A DNA stretch of 57,055 nucleotides, from contig CASEVQ010000004.1 of the NCBI GenBank assembly GCA_949291455.1, forward strand, positions 1 through 57,055, written 5' to 3'. Position 1 is the first letter of the stretch; each line of letters begins with the position of its first letter. This document shows, piece after piece, positions 1 through 9,178 of this stretch. A program made the translations under genes and the position numbers. The notes under the pieces were generated by a model. It worked only from the letters and a program-made list of their open reading frames with translations, had not been told where the DNA came from and did not search any database. The DNA is from an uncultured bacterium. Its GTDB lineage: Bacteria > Bacillota_I > Bacilli_A > RF39 > UBA660.

Positions 1-270
1 GACACAACTTCCTGGTATATAGTATGTTGTCTCTTTATCATAGACTGGTATTTCTGCTGCATTTATCTTATTTCTTACTCCATCTATATATCTTGATGCT
101 GTTGTTATATAAGCATTTTTTCTTGATGATGATATATATTCTGTTACTGCTGGTATTGCTATTATCATTAATATTCCTAATATTATTATTACTGCTAATA
201 GCTCTATTAAGGTAAAGCCGTTTTCTTTAGTAAAGTACCTATCATGTTTGTTTTTATTTTTACTATTCAT
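1..270 (-). CDS. prepilin-type N-terminal cleavage/methylation domain protein (type IV pilin / ComGC-like); 3' end cut by window edge
   Basis: Own translation of the minus strand from ATG at 270. It is absent from the ORF track because there is no stop in the window. Sequence: MNSKNKNKHDRYFTKENGFTLIELLAVIIILGILMIIAIPAVTEYISSSRKNAYITTASRYIDG... It has a class III signal G|FTLIE with Glu at +5, followed by a hydrophobic helix. AGAAGG RBS-like sequence upstream. Confidence 0.8.
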   Translation of the reverse strand, partial: MNSKNKNKHDRYFTKENGFTLIELLAVIIILGILMIIAIPAVTEYISSSRKNAYITTASRYIDGVRNKINAAEIPVYDKETTYYIPGSCV

Positions 271-336
271 TCTTTTACCTTCTTTCTACTTTATAGTTTT
301 AGTTTACTATATTTTCATTTTTTTCGCAATAATTCC

Positions 337-362
337 ATAAAAAATGAGCAACTAAATTGCTC
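337..362 (-). terminator. rho-independent terminator after rlmH
   Basis: Hairpin GAGCAA-5 nt loop-TTGCTC (346-351/357-362), followed on the minus strand by ATTTTTT. Confidence 0.5.
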
Positions 363-383
363 TTTTAATTAATATAAATTTTA

Positions 384-839
384 TTACTTATGATATTCTT
401 CATTATTATTAATTTTAAATGCTCTATATATTTGTTCTAACAATATTATTCTGAATAATTGATGTGGAAAAGTTAGTTTAGAAAAAGATAATTTTAGATT
501 TGCTAAATCTTTTATTGAGTCATCAATACCATATGATCCACCAATTATAAATGTTATGTTACTATTTGATATAAATATTTCATCTATTTTTTTTGCTAGT
601 TGTATTGAGTTCATTTCTTTTCCATTTATATCTAATGCTATTAAATAATCTTTTGAATTTATTATTTTTAATATTTTCTCTTTTTCTTTTTTTATTGTTG
701 TTTGTTTGTCTCGTAACCCTTCATCTTGTAATTCATAAATTTCAATATTATGGTATTTAGAAATTCTTTTTTTATACTCATCTATTCCTTTATTTAAGTA
801 ATCTTCTTTTATTTTTCCTACGCATATTATTTTTATCAT
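384..839 (-). CDS. rlmH: 23S rRNA (pseudouridine1915-N3)-methyltransferase RlmH
   Basis: 151 aa. SPOUT/RlmH-like: MIKIICVGKIKE N-terminus, IIGGSYGI loop, C-terminal PHQLFRIILLEQIYRAF. Adjacent to yycJ as in Bacillus. Confidence 0.9.
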   Translation of the reverse strand: MIKIICVGKIKEDYLNKGIDEYKKRISKYHNIEIYELQDEGLRDKQTTIKKEKEKILKIINSKDYLIALDINGKEMNSIQLAKKIDEIFISNSNITFIIGGSYGIDDSIKDLANLKLSFSKLTFPHQLFRIILLEQIYRAFKINNNEEYHK

Positions 840-1600
840 TATACTTCCACCATTTCAGTTTCTTCATATTGTTTTGCTATAATTATTTTTTCATAATTAA
901 ATTCTATATCTGATAATTGTTCTTTTACCTGTTCTAAGGCTAATTCTGGTGTATTATTATTTTCACTTAAATGTGCAAGTATTATGTATTTTGTATTATT
1001 TCCAATTGTTTTATTTAAATATCTTCCTGTATATCTATTTGATAAATGTCCTTTATCACTTAATACTCTTTGTTTTAAAATATAAGGATATTTTCCTTCC
1101 ATTAACATTTTTTCATCGTGATTTGACTCTATTATGTATATTGTTTTATTTTTAGTTAGTTCATAGTATTTTCTATTTATATATCCAGTATCGGTTAAAT
1201 AAACAACACTATTTATTCCATCATCTATTATAAATCCAAATGCAGGAACATCGTGAGATGCTGTTATAAGCTTAATGTTAATGTTATTTATAAAAAAATC
1301 ACTATTTATTATTTTTATATTTTCAATTGGTATTATCTTTTTTATTTCTGAATATAAATCTTCGTGAATGTATACAGGAATATTTATTTTTTTTATTAAT
1401 GAAGCTAAACCACTGATATGATCATTATGAATATGGCTTATTAATATTCCATTTAATGATTCTGGTTTAATATTTATTTTCTCTAGTTCATTTTTTATTC
1501 TTAAAAAACTAATTCCACAATCAATTAATATTTTTGTATTTGTTGTTTCAATATATGTACAATTTCCTTTGGAACCACTTGCTAATACTTGTATTTTCAT
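839..1600 (-). CDS. yycJ: MBL-fold metallo-hydrolase, YycJ/WalJ-like
   Basis: 253 aa with the HxHxDH motif (SHIHNDHISG). Overall resemblance to Bacillus YycJ. Confidence 0.85.
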   Translation of the reverse strand: MKIQVLASGSKGNCTYIETTNTKILIDCGISFLRIKNELEKINIKPESLNGILISHIHNDHISGLASLIKKINIPVYIHEDLYSEIKKIIPIENIKIINSDFFINNINIKLITASHDVPAFGFIIDDGINSVVYLTDTGYINRKYYELTKNKTIYIIESNHDEKMLMEGKYPYILKQRVLSDKGHLSNRYTGRYLNKTIGNNTKYIILAHLSENNNTPELALEQVKEQLSDIEFNYEKIIIAKQYEETEMVEV

Positions 1601-3066
1601 TAGTAAAAACTTAAAGGATTAACAGAATATCCACCCAAAAATGGATAACCTTTATATATTCCAAAATGTAAATGTGTTCCAAAAGCATAACCAGACTGTC
1701 CCATTGTACCTATTTTATCTCCCATTGATACTGCTTGCCCTGCTGTTACGTTTATTGATGCAAGATGGGCATATATTGAATAATATCCATTATTATGATT
1801 TATATATATATAATTACCGTTAGTAGAAGTGTATCCTGCTTTTTCTATAGTTCCATTATTTGCTGCATATATTGGAGAACCATATCCTGTACCAGAAATA
1901 TCTAGTCCTTCATGAAGTTTTCCCCAACGCCATCCATACGTACTAGTGATGATATATGGTTTATTTGTAGGCCAATACCATACACCAACGTTACCTACAG
2001 TAGGAATAACTTTACTTCCTTTAACTACTATTTTTGATACAGTCGGTTTAACAACTTCTGTAGTTGCTATTATAGCCGATTCAATTTCTCCATTTGATTT
2101 TTGTACTTTTTTAGTTACTTTAACTGTACCATCGACACCTTCTTGTACTACTTTCTCATACCCCACCAACAATGAAGAATCATATTCAATTATAGTATCA
2201 TATTTTTGGGTTTGTATTTCTACTACATGATCTTCTTCAATTAAATTAAACATTGGGTCTATTAACCCTAAATTAACTATTTGTCCTTCATACAATAAAT
2301 TATTTTCACTAGTAAATTCTGGATTAGCTATTAAAAATTCTTCTACAGATAATTTATTATTATAGGCAATATCACTTATTATATCACCATCTTTTACAGT
2401 ATATTTCTGTTGTTCTTCTGTCGTACCAAATAATAAATACTTATTTAATTCATCTAAATCAGTAAATATTTTCTCTTCTGTCGATATTCTACCTTCTTTT
2501 ATTGTTATTTCATTTTTTATGTAGATATCTTCTATAATTGTTCCAACATCAGTTATTTCTTTTTGAGTATTATTTACAAAATTATTATAATTTTCTTCTG
2601 AAACAAAAACTTCTACTGTATTTTTTACTGCTTCATTAAATAATTCTTTATCTAAAACATAAACAATTGTATCTTCTGTAGTAATTTCCCCTTGTTCTTC
2701 ATCAACGATATCAATACCTTTAATAGTTATTTTATAACCATTAATTGTAAATGGGGATTTATCTTTTATTTTTTCATATATTTCTTCTTCTGTTGAAATT
2801 TTTTGATTATAAGTTATTTCTTTTATAACATCTAATTCATTAGGTGCATATACTTTATCAACATCATATTTTTCTTTTAAAGATACTTGCGCATCATCGA
2901 TATATTTTTCTAATAATTCTTTATTTTCTATATACCCAATAGTTTCCCCTTTTAAGTAAACTCTATATAATTCTTGGGGATTGTCCATTTTTTTATAACC
3001 AACAAAGAATACAAATGAACTTAGTATTAAACATATAAATGTTATAAAAATTGTTTTTTTATTCAT
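1600..3066 (-). CDS. secreted M23 family metallopeptidase with LysM and G5-like domains
   Basis: N-terminal TM/signal helix. LysM-like YTVKDGDIISDIAYNNKLSVEEF. G5-like VVQEGVDGTVKVTKKVQKSNGE. M23 motifs HEGLDIS and THLHFGIY. Start placed at the ATG (MNKKTIF) overlapping the dnaB stop; the ORF track extends to 3090. Confidence 0.85.
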   Translation of the reverse strand: MNKKTIFITFICLILSSFVFFVGYKKMDNPQELYRVYLKGETIGYIENKELLEKYIDDAQVSLKEKYDVDKVYAPNELDVIKEITYNQKISTEEEIYEKIKDKSPFTINGYKITIKGIDIVDEEQGEITTEDTIVYVLDKELFNEAVKNTVEVFVSEENYNNFVNNTQKEITDVGTIIEDIYIKNEITIKEGRISTEEKIFTDLDELNKYLLFGTTEEQQKYTVKDGDIISDIAYNNKLSVEEFLIANPEFTSENNLLYEGQIVNLGLIDPMFNLIEEDHVVEIQTQKYDTIIEYDSSLLVGYEKVVQEGVDGTVKVTKKVQKSNGEIESAIIATTEVVKPTVSKIVVKGSKVIPTVGNVGVWYWPTNKPYIITSTYGWRWGKLHEGLDISGTGYGSPIYAANNGTIEKAGYTSTNGNYIYINHNNGYYSIYAHLASINVTAGQAVSMGDKIGTMGQSGYAFGTHLHFGIYKGYPFLGGYSVNPLSFY

Positions 3067-4414
3067 TTTTTTCACCACTATTTTCATCAAATATTGAAAA
3101 GAATTTAGATATATCTTTTTTAAATCTTAATGGAATTGTACCAGTTGCACCATTACGATGTTTTGCAACAATAAATTCACAATCACTAACTTGATCTTTT
3201 TTCTCTAAATCTTTTTTATAATAATCTTCCCTATAAAGAAATGCTACTATATCAGCATCTTGTTCTATAGAACCAGATTCTCTTAAATCACTAAGAATAG
3301 GTCTAGGATTTTCTTTTCTTTGTTCAGCAGAACGCGATAATTGTGCTAATGCTACTACTGGAACTTTTAACTCTAATGCCATAAGTTTTAAAGCACGAGA
3401 TATATCAGATACTTCTTGTTGTCTATTTGTTCCATAATTAGCTGATGAAGTTATTAGCTGTAAATAGTCAATAATAATCAAATCCAATCCTTTATCACTA
3501 TTAGCTAATCTTCGGCATTTACTTCTTATTTCACCAATAGTTATTCCTGCTGTATCATCCATATATATATTAGTACTTTCTAGTTTACTTAAAGCTTCAT
3601 TTACTTTATCCCAATCATTTTTTAAATTACCAGTTGCTAGTTTATAACCTTCAATGTGCCCTAAAGATGCAATCATTCTTGATGCTAGGCTTTCAGCACT
3701 CATCTCCAAGCTAAATATAGCTACTGTTTTATTAGAATTAATTGCTGCATTTGTTGCTAAATTTAAAGCCCAAGCACTTTTTCCCATGGCAGGACGTGCT
3801 GCTACTATTATAAGTTGTCCTTCATGAAGACCAGCTGTTAATTTATCTAAACGTTCCCATCCTGTTGAAAGTCCTGTTACTTCTCCTTTTTGCATTGATA
3901 GTTTTTCTAAATTGTTTTTTGTACTATTTAATACTTCTTTTATATCTCTAAATTCAGTAGATCTTCTATTCTTTACTACTCCTAATATTTTTCTTTCAGC
4001 ATCATCTAAAACATTATTAATGTCAAATGACTTATCATAAGCAGTTGTTGTAATATCTGTTGATACTTCTATAAGTCTTCTTAATATTGCAGAATTTTCA
4101 ACTAATCTTATATAATGTTCGATATTAGCTGCTGTTGGAACAATATTAAATATTTCTGTTAAATATTCAACACCACCAACTTGTCCTAGTATTCCTTTAT
4201 TTTTTAATTCAGAGGTAACTGTTGTAGCATCAATTGGTATTTTATGATCAAACATTTCTTTTATTGTTGAAAATATTTTTGCATTATTACTATAATAAAA
4301 AGATTCTTCGTTTAAAGCATCACAAGCTTTTTGTAAGGCGTATGTTGATAAAAACATTGATCCTAATACCGATTGTTCAGCTGTTATATCATTAGGTATT
4401 TCTCTTAATGCCAT
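3059..4414 (-). CDS. dnaB: replicative DNA helicase (DnaB family; DnaC in Bacillus nomenclature)
   Basis: 451 aa. Walker A ARPAMGKSA, and DnaB N- and C-terminal domain similarity throughout. rplI lies immediately upstream, as in Bacillota. Confidence 0.95.
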   Translation of the reverse strand: MALREIPNDITAEQSVLGSMFLSTYALQKACDALNEESFYYSNNAKIFSTIKEMFDHKIPIDATTVTSELKNKGILGQVGGVEYLTEIFNIVPTAANIEHYIRLVENSAILRRLIEVSTDITTTAYDKSFDINNVLDDAERKILGVVKNRRSTEFRDIKEVLNSTKNNLEKLSMQKGEVTGLSTGWERLDKLTAGLHEGQLIIVAARPAMGKSAWALNLATNAAINSNKTVAIFSLEMSAESLASRMIASLGHIEGYKLATGNLKNDWDKVNEALSKLESTNIYMDDTAGITIGEIRSKCRRLANSDKGLDLIIIDYLQLITSSANYGTNRQQEVSDISRALKLMALELKVPVVALAQLSRSAEQRKENPRPILSDLRESGSIEQDADIVAFLYREDYYKKDLEKKDQVSDCEFIVAKHRNGATGTIPLRFKKDISKFFSIFDENSGEKNE

Positions 4415-4424
4415 TTTCTACCTC

Positions 4425-4865
4425 CTATTTTTCTAATTTTACTTTTACAACTCCATAAACATCTTTGTACAATTGAACATTAACATTATGATATCCAAGT
4501 GTCGATAATCCTTCTTGCATATCAATCTGTTTTTTATTAACAAATATTCCTAATTTTTCTAAGTCTTCTTTTATTTGCTTTGAACTAACACTTCCAAAAA
4601 CTTTATCCATTTTTCCGGTTTTTACTTTAAAAACCAATTCAACTTTTTCTAGTGCTAGCTTTGTTTCATTTGCTTCTTTTCTATTTTTCATATCTTCTTC
4701 TTGTTCTTCTTTTTTGTCATTCAAATATTTTTTATATGAAGATTCTGTCAGCTTATCGGCATAACCATTTTTTATCAAATAATTTTGAGCATAACCATCT
4801 TTTACTTCTTTAATTTCACCTTTTTTTGCTTGCCCCTTTACATCTTTTAAAAATATTACTTTCAT
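4425..4865 (-). CDS. rplI: 50S ribosomal protein L9
   Basis: [31 protein letters not shown] is the canonical L9 N-terminus. 146 aa. Confidence 0.95.
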   Translation of the reverse strand: MKVIFLKDVKGQAKKGEIKEVKDGYAQNYLIKNGYADKLTESSYKKYLNDKKEEQEEDMKNRKEANETKLALEKVELVFKVKTGKMDKVFGSVSSKQIKEDLEKLGIFVNKKQIDMQEGLSTLGYHNVNVQLYKDVYGVVKVKLEK

Positions 4866-4879
4866 AATTTACTCCTTTC

Positions 4880-5848
4880 TTATAAATTTTTTAATAATTC
4901 TTTTAATTGGTTCTCTACTTTTTTTATACTTATATTTTCAATTCTTGCACCTGCTTCGTGGTTATCTCCACCACCCTGAAAATTTTCTAGTATTTTTCCA
5001 ACATCTATATCTCCTATTGATCTAGCACTTATTCCAGTAGTTTTTTTATCTAGTTTACCGATTACAAAAGATGCTTCTATTTTGTTAAACAATAATAATG
5101 TATCCGCTATTTTTGCTAAGTCTTCTCTTCGATATGTTATAGTTGACTTTGCTGAAGAGATAGCAATATTTTTTATTATTTTTACATTAGTTATTACTTT
5201 TTGTCTTGCAATATAATCCTTAATGTTCTGTTTTAACAAATATTGCACGTATGTTGGATCAGCACCTTTTTGTGTTAAATGGTAAGACGCCTTAAATGTA
5301 TTTGTTGTTGTCTTTAATACATAATTATTAGTATCTAATACTATACCAGCAAGTAATACTGTAGCAACATCTTCATCGATATAAGTTTTACTTTCGTCAA
5401 TAAAATCAGCTACCATTTCACAAGTACTAGAAGAATCCTCATCAATTATTATTATTCCTTTTTTTATTGAATTTTCACTTAAATCATGATGATCAATTAC
5501 TACTACATTATTAAAATAAGAAAATAATTCACTATCTTGTAATAATTGTTCTTTGTTTGTATCTACTATTATTAATAAACTTTTATCAGTTATTTTTAAT
5601 TTAATTTTTTTGCTCTTATTTATAGAATATAAATCACCCATTTTATCAATTATTTTTTTTACACCGGGTTCTAGCTTTCGGTCATTTATAATAATAGTTG
5701 ATTTTTTATTAAATGTTTCTATATACTTATAAATACCAATTGCACTTCCTATTGCATCTAAATCTAAATATTTATGTCCCATTATAAATATAGAAGTTGC
5801 TTCATTTATTAAATTGTCAATTTCTTTTTTCTTATCTATAATTTGCAT
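4880..5848 (-). CDS. DHH/DHHA1 phosphoesterase, equivalent to the catalytic half of GdpP (c-di-AMP phosphodiesterase) without the TM/PAS/GGDEF part
   Basis: IMGHKYLDLDAIGSAIG, VIDHHD (DHH motif) and GGGDNHEAGA (DHHA1). It occupies the gdpP position upstream of rplI-dnaB but is only 322 aa. Confidence 0.8.
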   Translation of the reverse strand: MQIIDKKKEIDNLINEATSIFIMGHKYLDLDAIGSAIGIYKYIETFNKKSTIIINDRKLEPGVKKIIDKMGDLYSINKSKKIKLKITDKSLLIIVDTNKEQLLQDSELFSYFNNVVVIDHHDLSENSIKKGIIIIDEDSSSTCEMVADFIDESKTYIDEDVATVLLAGIVLDTNNYVLKTTTNTFKASYHLTQKGADPTYVQYLLKQNIKDYIARQKVITNVKIIKNIAISSAKSTITYRREDLAKIADTLLLFNKIEASFVIGKLDKKTTGISARSIGDIDVGKILENFQGGGDNHEAGARIENISIKKVENQLKELLKNL

Positions 5849-5889
5849 AATATACCTCCATAATTACTATACTAGTATACTATAAATAT

Positions 5890-5920
5890 TAAAAAATTAA
5901 AAGAGCAGAATATTTGCCCT
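5890..5920 (-). terminator. possible terminator after asnB
   Basis: Minus-strand hairpin AGGGCA..TGCTCT (one G-U pair) followed by a T-rich tract. Weak. Confidence 0.35.
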
Positions 5921-5936
5921 TTTAAAACTTAATAAA

Positions 5937-7520
5937 TTATTCTCCGCTCGTTCCATAGTTAGATAGCACTCTAGCGCTTGGATCATTAACATTACATCCT
6001 TCCCATTCTTTATTTGGCATCCAATAATCAATTATTAAATTATCTCTATTGGTATAATATTTTTCAAAAATTTCTCTATACATTAATGATTCTTTTGTAA
6101 ATGGTACATGACTTTTATATTTTTTTATTTTTAATTGATAATCGTCATCACTATATAATTCATTGGCTAATTCTTTTAAATCATCTACTAAAGAGTGTCC
6201 TACTGCATCACTAAACGCAGCTTTTTCTCTATATAAAATATTTTTAGGTAAATAGTCATCTTTAAATGCCTGTCTCAATAAATATTTTCCCATTTTATAT
6301 TTATTTAATTTTTTTTCTGGATCAATTCCCATTACATAGTCAACAAATTCTAAATCTGCAAAAGGCACTCTTGCTTCTATTGATACTCCCGATATACATC
6401 TATCAGCACGCAATACATCATACATATATAATTCTCTTATTCTTTTTTCACTTTCTTTTTGAAATTCTTTTGCATTTGGAGCAAAATCTGTATATTTATA
6501 TCCAAATAATTCATCGCTAACTTCCCCTGTTAATAATACTTTAATATCTGTATTTTCTCTAATCCATTTACATAATAAATACATTCCAATTGAAGCTCTT
6601 ATTGTTGTTATATCCCATGTTTCTAGCTTATAAATAACTTCTTCTAGAGCTTTTTTTATATCTTCTTTTGTTATTATTACTTCAGTATGATTACTGCCAA
6701 TGTATTTTGCAACTTGTTTAGCATATTTTAAATCAATTGCATCTTTATCCATTCCTATAGAAAATGTTCTTATAGGCTTTTTTAAATATTTTGTTGCAAT
6801 GCTACAAACTAAACTAGAATCAAGTCCTCCACTTAATAGAAAACCTAAAGGAGCATCTGAGTCAAGTCTTTTTATAACTGCTTTTGTTAGTCTTTTATTT
6901 ATTTCTTTAAAAATAGTATTCAAATTGTCATTATTTCTTTTATGAACTTCTGTTGCATCATAGTATTTAGTAAAAATACCATTTATGTAAAAATATCCAG
7001 GTGGAAAGGGGTGCACTTCTTTGCATAAATCGTTTATTGCTTTTACTTCACTTGCAAACATTATTTCACCACTTATTTTTGAAAATCCATAAAACATTGG
7101 TCTTATTCCAATTGGGTCTCTGGCAGCAATTATTTTTTTAGCATTTTCATCATACATTACAAGTGCGTATTCTGCATCTAGTCTATTAAACATTTCAATT
7201 CCATATGTTTCATACATAGGTATTAAAATTTCACAATCACTTTCACTTTCGAATGTATATCCTTTTTTCATTAGAATTTTCTTTTCTTTTCGAAAACCAT
7301 ATAATTCTCCATTACATACAACTATCTTATTATTTTTTTCAAATGGTTGCATTCCTTTTTCATCCAATCCCATTATTGCTAATCTATGAAAAAGAAACGT
7401 ATTTGAATCTTTTTCGATTATTTTATTCATATCTGGTCCACGATGTTTTATTTTTTTAAATTCCTTTTCTAATTCTTCTTTTGATATATCTTTTTTTGTA
7501 TATACCATAAATCCACACAT
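5937..7520 (-). CDS. asnB: asparagine synthase (glutamine-hydrolysing)
   Basis: 527 aa. MCGF N-terminal nucleophile Cys2 and SGGLDSS PP-loop. Confidence 0.9.
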   Translation of the reverse strand: MCGFMVYTKKDISKEELEKEFKKIKHRGPDMNKIIEKDSNTFLFHRLAIMGLDEKGMQPFEKNNKIVVCNGELYGFRKEKKILMKKGYTFESESDCEILIPMYETYGIEMFNRLDAEYALVMYDENAKKIIAARDPIGIRPMFYGFSKISGEIMFASEVKAINDLCKEVHPFPPGYFYINGIFTKYYDATEVHKRNNDNLNTIFKEINKRLTKAVIKRLDSDAPLGFLLSGGLDSSLVCSIATKYLKKPIRTFSIGMDKDAIDLKYAKQVAKYIGSNHTEVIITKEDIKKALEEVIYKLETWDITTIRASIGMYLLCKWIRENTDIKVLLTGEVSDELFGYKYTDFAPNAKEFQKESEKRIRELYMYDVLRADRCISGVSIEARVPFADLEFVDYVMGIDPEKKLNKYKMGKYLLRQAFKDDYLPKNILYREKAAFSDAVGHSLVDDLKELANELYSDDDYQLKIKKYKSHVPFTKESLMYREIFEKYYTNRDNLIIDYWMPNKEWEGCNVNDPSARVLSNYGTSGE

Positions 7521-7560
7521 ATAAAATCCTCTCTTTCTTTATTCAGTTAAATTGAGAGAA

Positions 7561-7782
7561 TAAAATAAAAAGTTATTCTTCCCAACAATGAGACGAATAA
7601 CTGAAAATCCGCGGTACCACCCAAATTATCATATTTACATGATCACTTTTAGTTCTAACAAACCTAGTAATATGATAACGGATTACAATCCGGTCTAACC
7701 TACTTGAATTCTTTCGATAGACAACTCCGAAGTGTTCTTTCATATTAACTCTATTACTAAGTTCACACTATCCTTAGCTCAC
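7561..7782 (-). promoter_or_regulatory. T-box riboswitch leader (candidate tRNA-Asn specificity) controlling asnB
   Basis: The minus strand carries the T-box sequence AATTTGGGTGGTACCGCG (plus 7610-7622 = CGCGGTACCACCC). A terminator AGTTATTC..GAATAACT plus a T-run follows (7561-7602). AGTA/AGAG motifs lie in the Stem I region. AAC codons occur in loop-like contexts (GAAAG-AAC-A). Upstream promoter candidate TTGATG-17-TAAAGT (7787-7815). Confidence 0.8.
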
Positions 7783-7840
7783 TTTAACTTTATTAATATT
7801 ACTTTTCTTCATCAAAGTTATTAATTTAATAATATATTTT

Positions 7841-8134
7841 TTATTTTTTTTTGTCAACTACTTTTGTTCTTATTTTTTTTGTGCTTTTATTTCCTATTAA
7901 AAAACCACTTATAAGAGAAATTAAAAAATAAATATGTATAGTTCCTTTATTTATTAGCATTAATATAAAAAAATAAGTTAATGAATTTATTATAGTAAAT
8001 AAACAATTTAATAATACTTTTATAATTACTTTCTTTGAATATAAATATTTATAAAATATATTATACATTAATGAAATATATAATCCATATACAAATGAAG
8101 ATATTAATGATTGTATTTGTATCTCTAAATTCAT
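7841..8134 (-). CDS. yabQ: spore cortex biosynthesis protein YabQ-like small membrane protein
   Basis: 97 aa with three hydrophobic helices. Translationally coupled directly downstream of yabP, which is the conserved yabP-yabQ pair. Confidence 0.6.
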   Translation of the reverse strand: MNLEIQIQSLISSFVYGLYISLMYNIFYKYLYSKKVIIKVLLNCLFTIINSLTYFFILMLINKGTIHIYFLISLISGFLIGNKSTKKIRTKVVDKKK

Positions 8135-8433
8135 TATTTAAAAAGTCTATTAAATATACTTTGTTCTTTGTTTTTTTCTTTATTTTTAATATCTTCAATA
8201 TAATTAAGTCCTTTAATAGTTCCTTTTATTGATACATTTCCTTTAACTGTATCTAGCTTTATTAGTTCTAATTCTTCTCCTTTAACTATTAAAAAACCCA
8301 TGCTCGTTTCCATTAAAAATTCTTCGTCATCAAAATTTTCGATTTTCTTTACACCAGTAACAATTAAACTTTTTCTTTCTACTAATGTTATTCCATGATT
8401 ATAGTTATTAATTGTATCATCTGTTTTCTCCAT
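8134..8433 (-). CDS. yabP: sporulation protein YabP
   Basis: 99 aa. ITLVERKSLIVTGVKKIENFDDEEFLMETSMGFLIVKGEELELIKLD matches the YabP family pattern. Confidence 0.8.
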   Translation of the reverse strand: MEKTDDTINNYNHGITLVERKSLIVTGVKKIENFDDEEFLMETSMGFLIVKGEELELIKLDTVKGNVSIKGTIKGLNYIEDIKNKEKNKEQSIFNRLFK

Positions 8434-8600
8434 AAAGTCCTCCTAATCAACTTTATGCTTTTTTTTAATGGATATTACATAATTTTTTTATATTCTTCTT
8501 TTATACTATTTATAATTAACTTTTTAAATTTATTTTTTATATAGTTTAAATTAACGTAATATTTTTTATCAAAAAAAAACTGCTAAGATATTTGCAGCTT

Positions 8601-8882
8601 TTACTCTGTTTTATTATATTCATTTAATATTGCTTCTTCAAACATAGCACGTACTTCTGGATTAATTGGATGAACTGTATCACGATGAACAGTTACTGTT
8701 TCTCCATTTTCATTTTCTACTTCTCTTGAAGTGCTTGGCATAGCAATAAATAAACCATTTTTACCTTCAATTATTCTAATATTATGAATTGCTAGACCAT
8801 CATCTATTAAAACAGATGCTCTTCCCTTCATGCGTGATCCTTCGCGTTCTTCTTTTTTTACTTTTACTGATGTAATTTCCAC
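8601..8882 (-). CDS. spoVG: septation protein SpoVG
   Basis: (GTG start) MEITSVKVKKEE...ASVLIDDGLAIHNIRIIEGKNGLFIAMPS is the canonical SpoVG core. Confidence 0.95.
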   Translation of the reverse strand: MEITSVKVKKEEREGSRMKGRASVLIDDGLAIHNIRIIEGKNGLFIAMPSTSREVENENGETVTVHRDTVHPINPEVRAMFEEAILNEYNKTE

Positions 8883-8956
8883 TTTAATATTCCTCCCTCT
8901 TAAAGTATATAACTTTATATAGTTATAGTATAATATTTTTTTGAAAAATGCAACTA

Positions 8957-9178
8957 TTATTGTATAAACAATTCTAAAATTTCAGTTAAAATATCGCTAT
9001 AAGTGAATGACTTTATCTTATTATTAGAATCTTCTAATCTTATTGTAAAAATAGCATTATATGTATCCTCAATTATTCCATTAAATTCTTCTATTTGATT
9101 TCTTGCACCGTTGTATCTAAAATGTATTGTCTTTCCTTTATTTTTTTCAAGGTTTTCTCTTATCTTTGCTATATTCAT
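8957..9178 (-). CDS. veg: Veg protein
   Basis: 73 aa. IAKIRENLEKNKGKTIHFRYNGARNQIEEFNGIIEDTYNAIFTI...SFTYSDILT is the Veg family pattern. Overlaps the yabG stop, in conserved order. Confidence 0.85.
   Translation of the reverse strand: MNIAKIRENLEKNKGKTIHFRYNGARNQIEEFNGIIEDTYNAIFTIRLEDSNNKIKSFTYSDILTEILELFIQ

Noticed and set aside
24-215. A 63-aa plus-strand ORF at the left edge.
   Set aside because: It is antisense to the clearly recognisable prepilin gene on the minus strand. Its Leu/Ile/Phe-rich product is typical of antisense reading of AT-rich genes.
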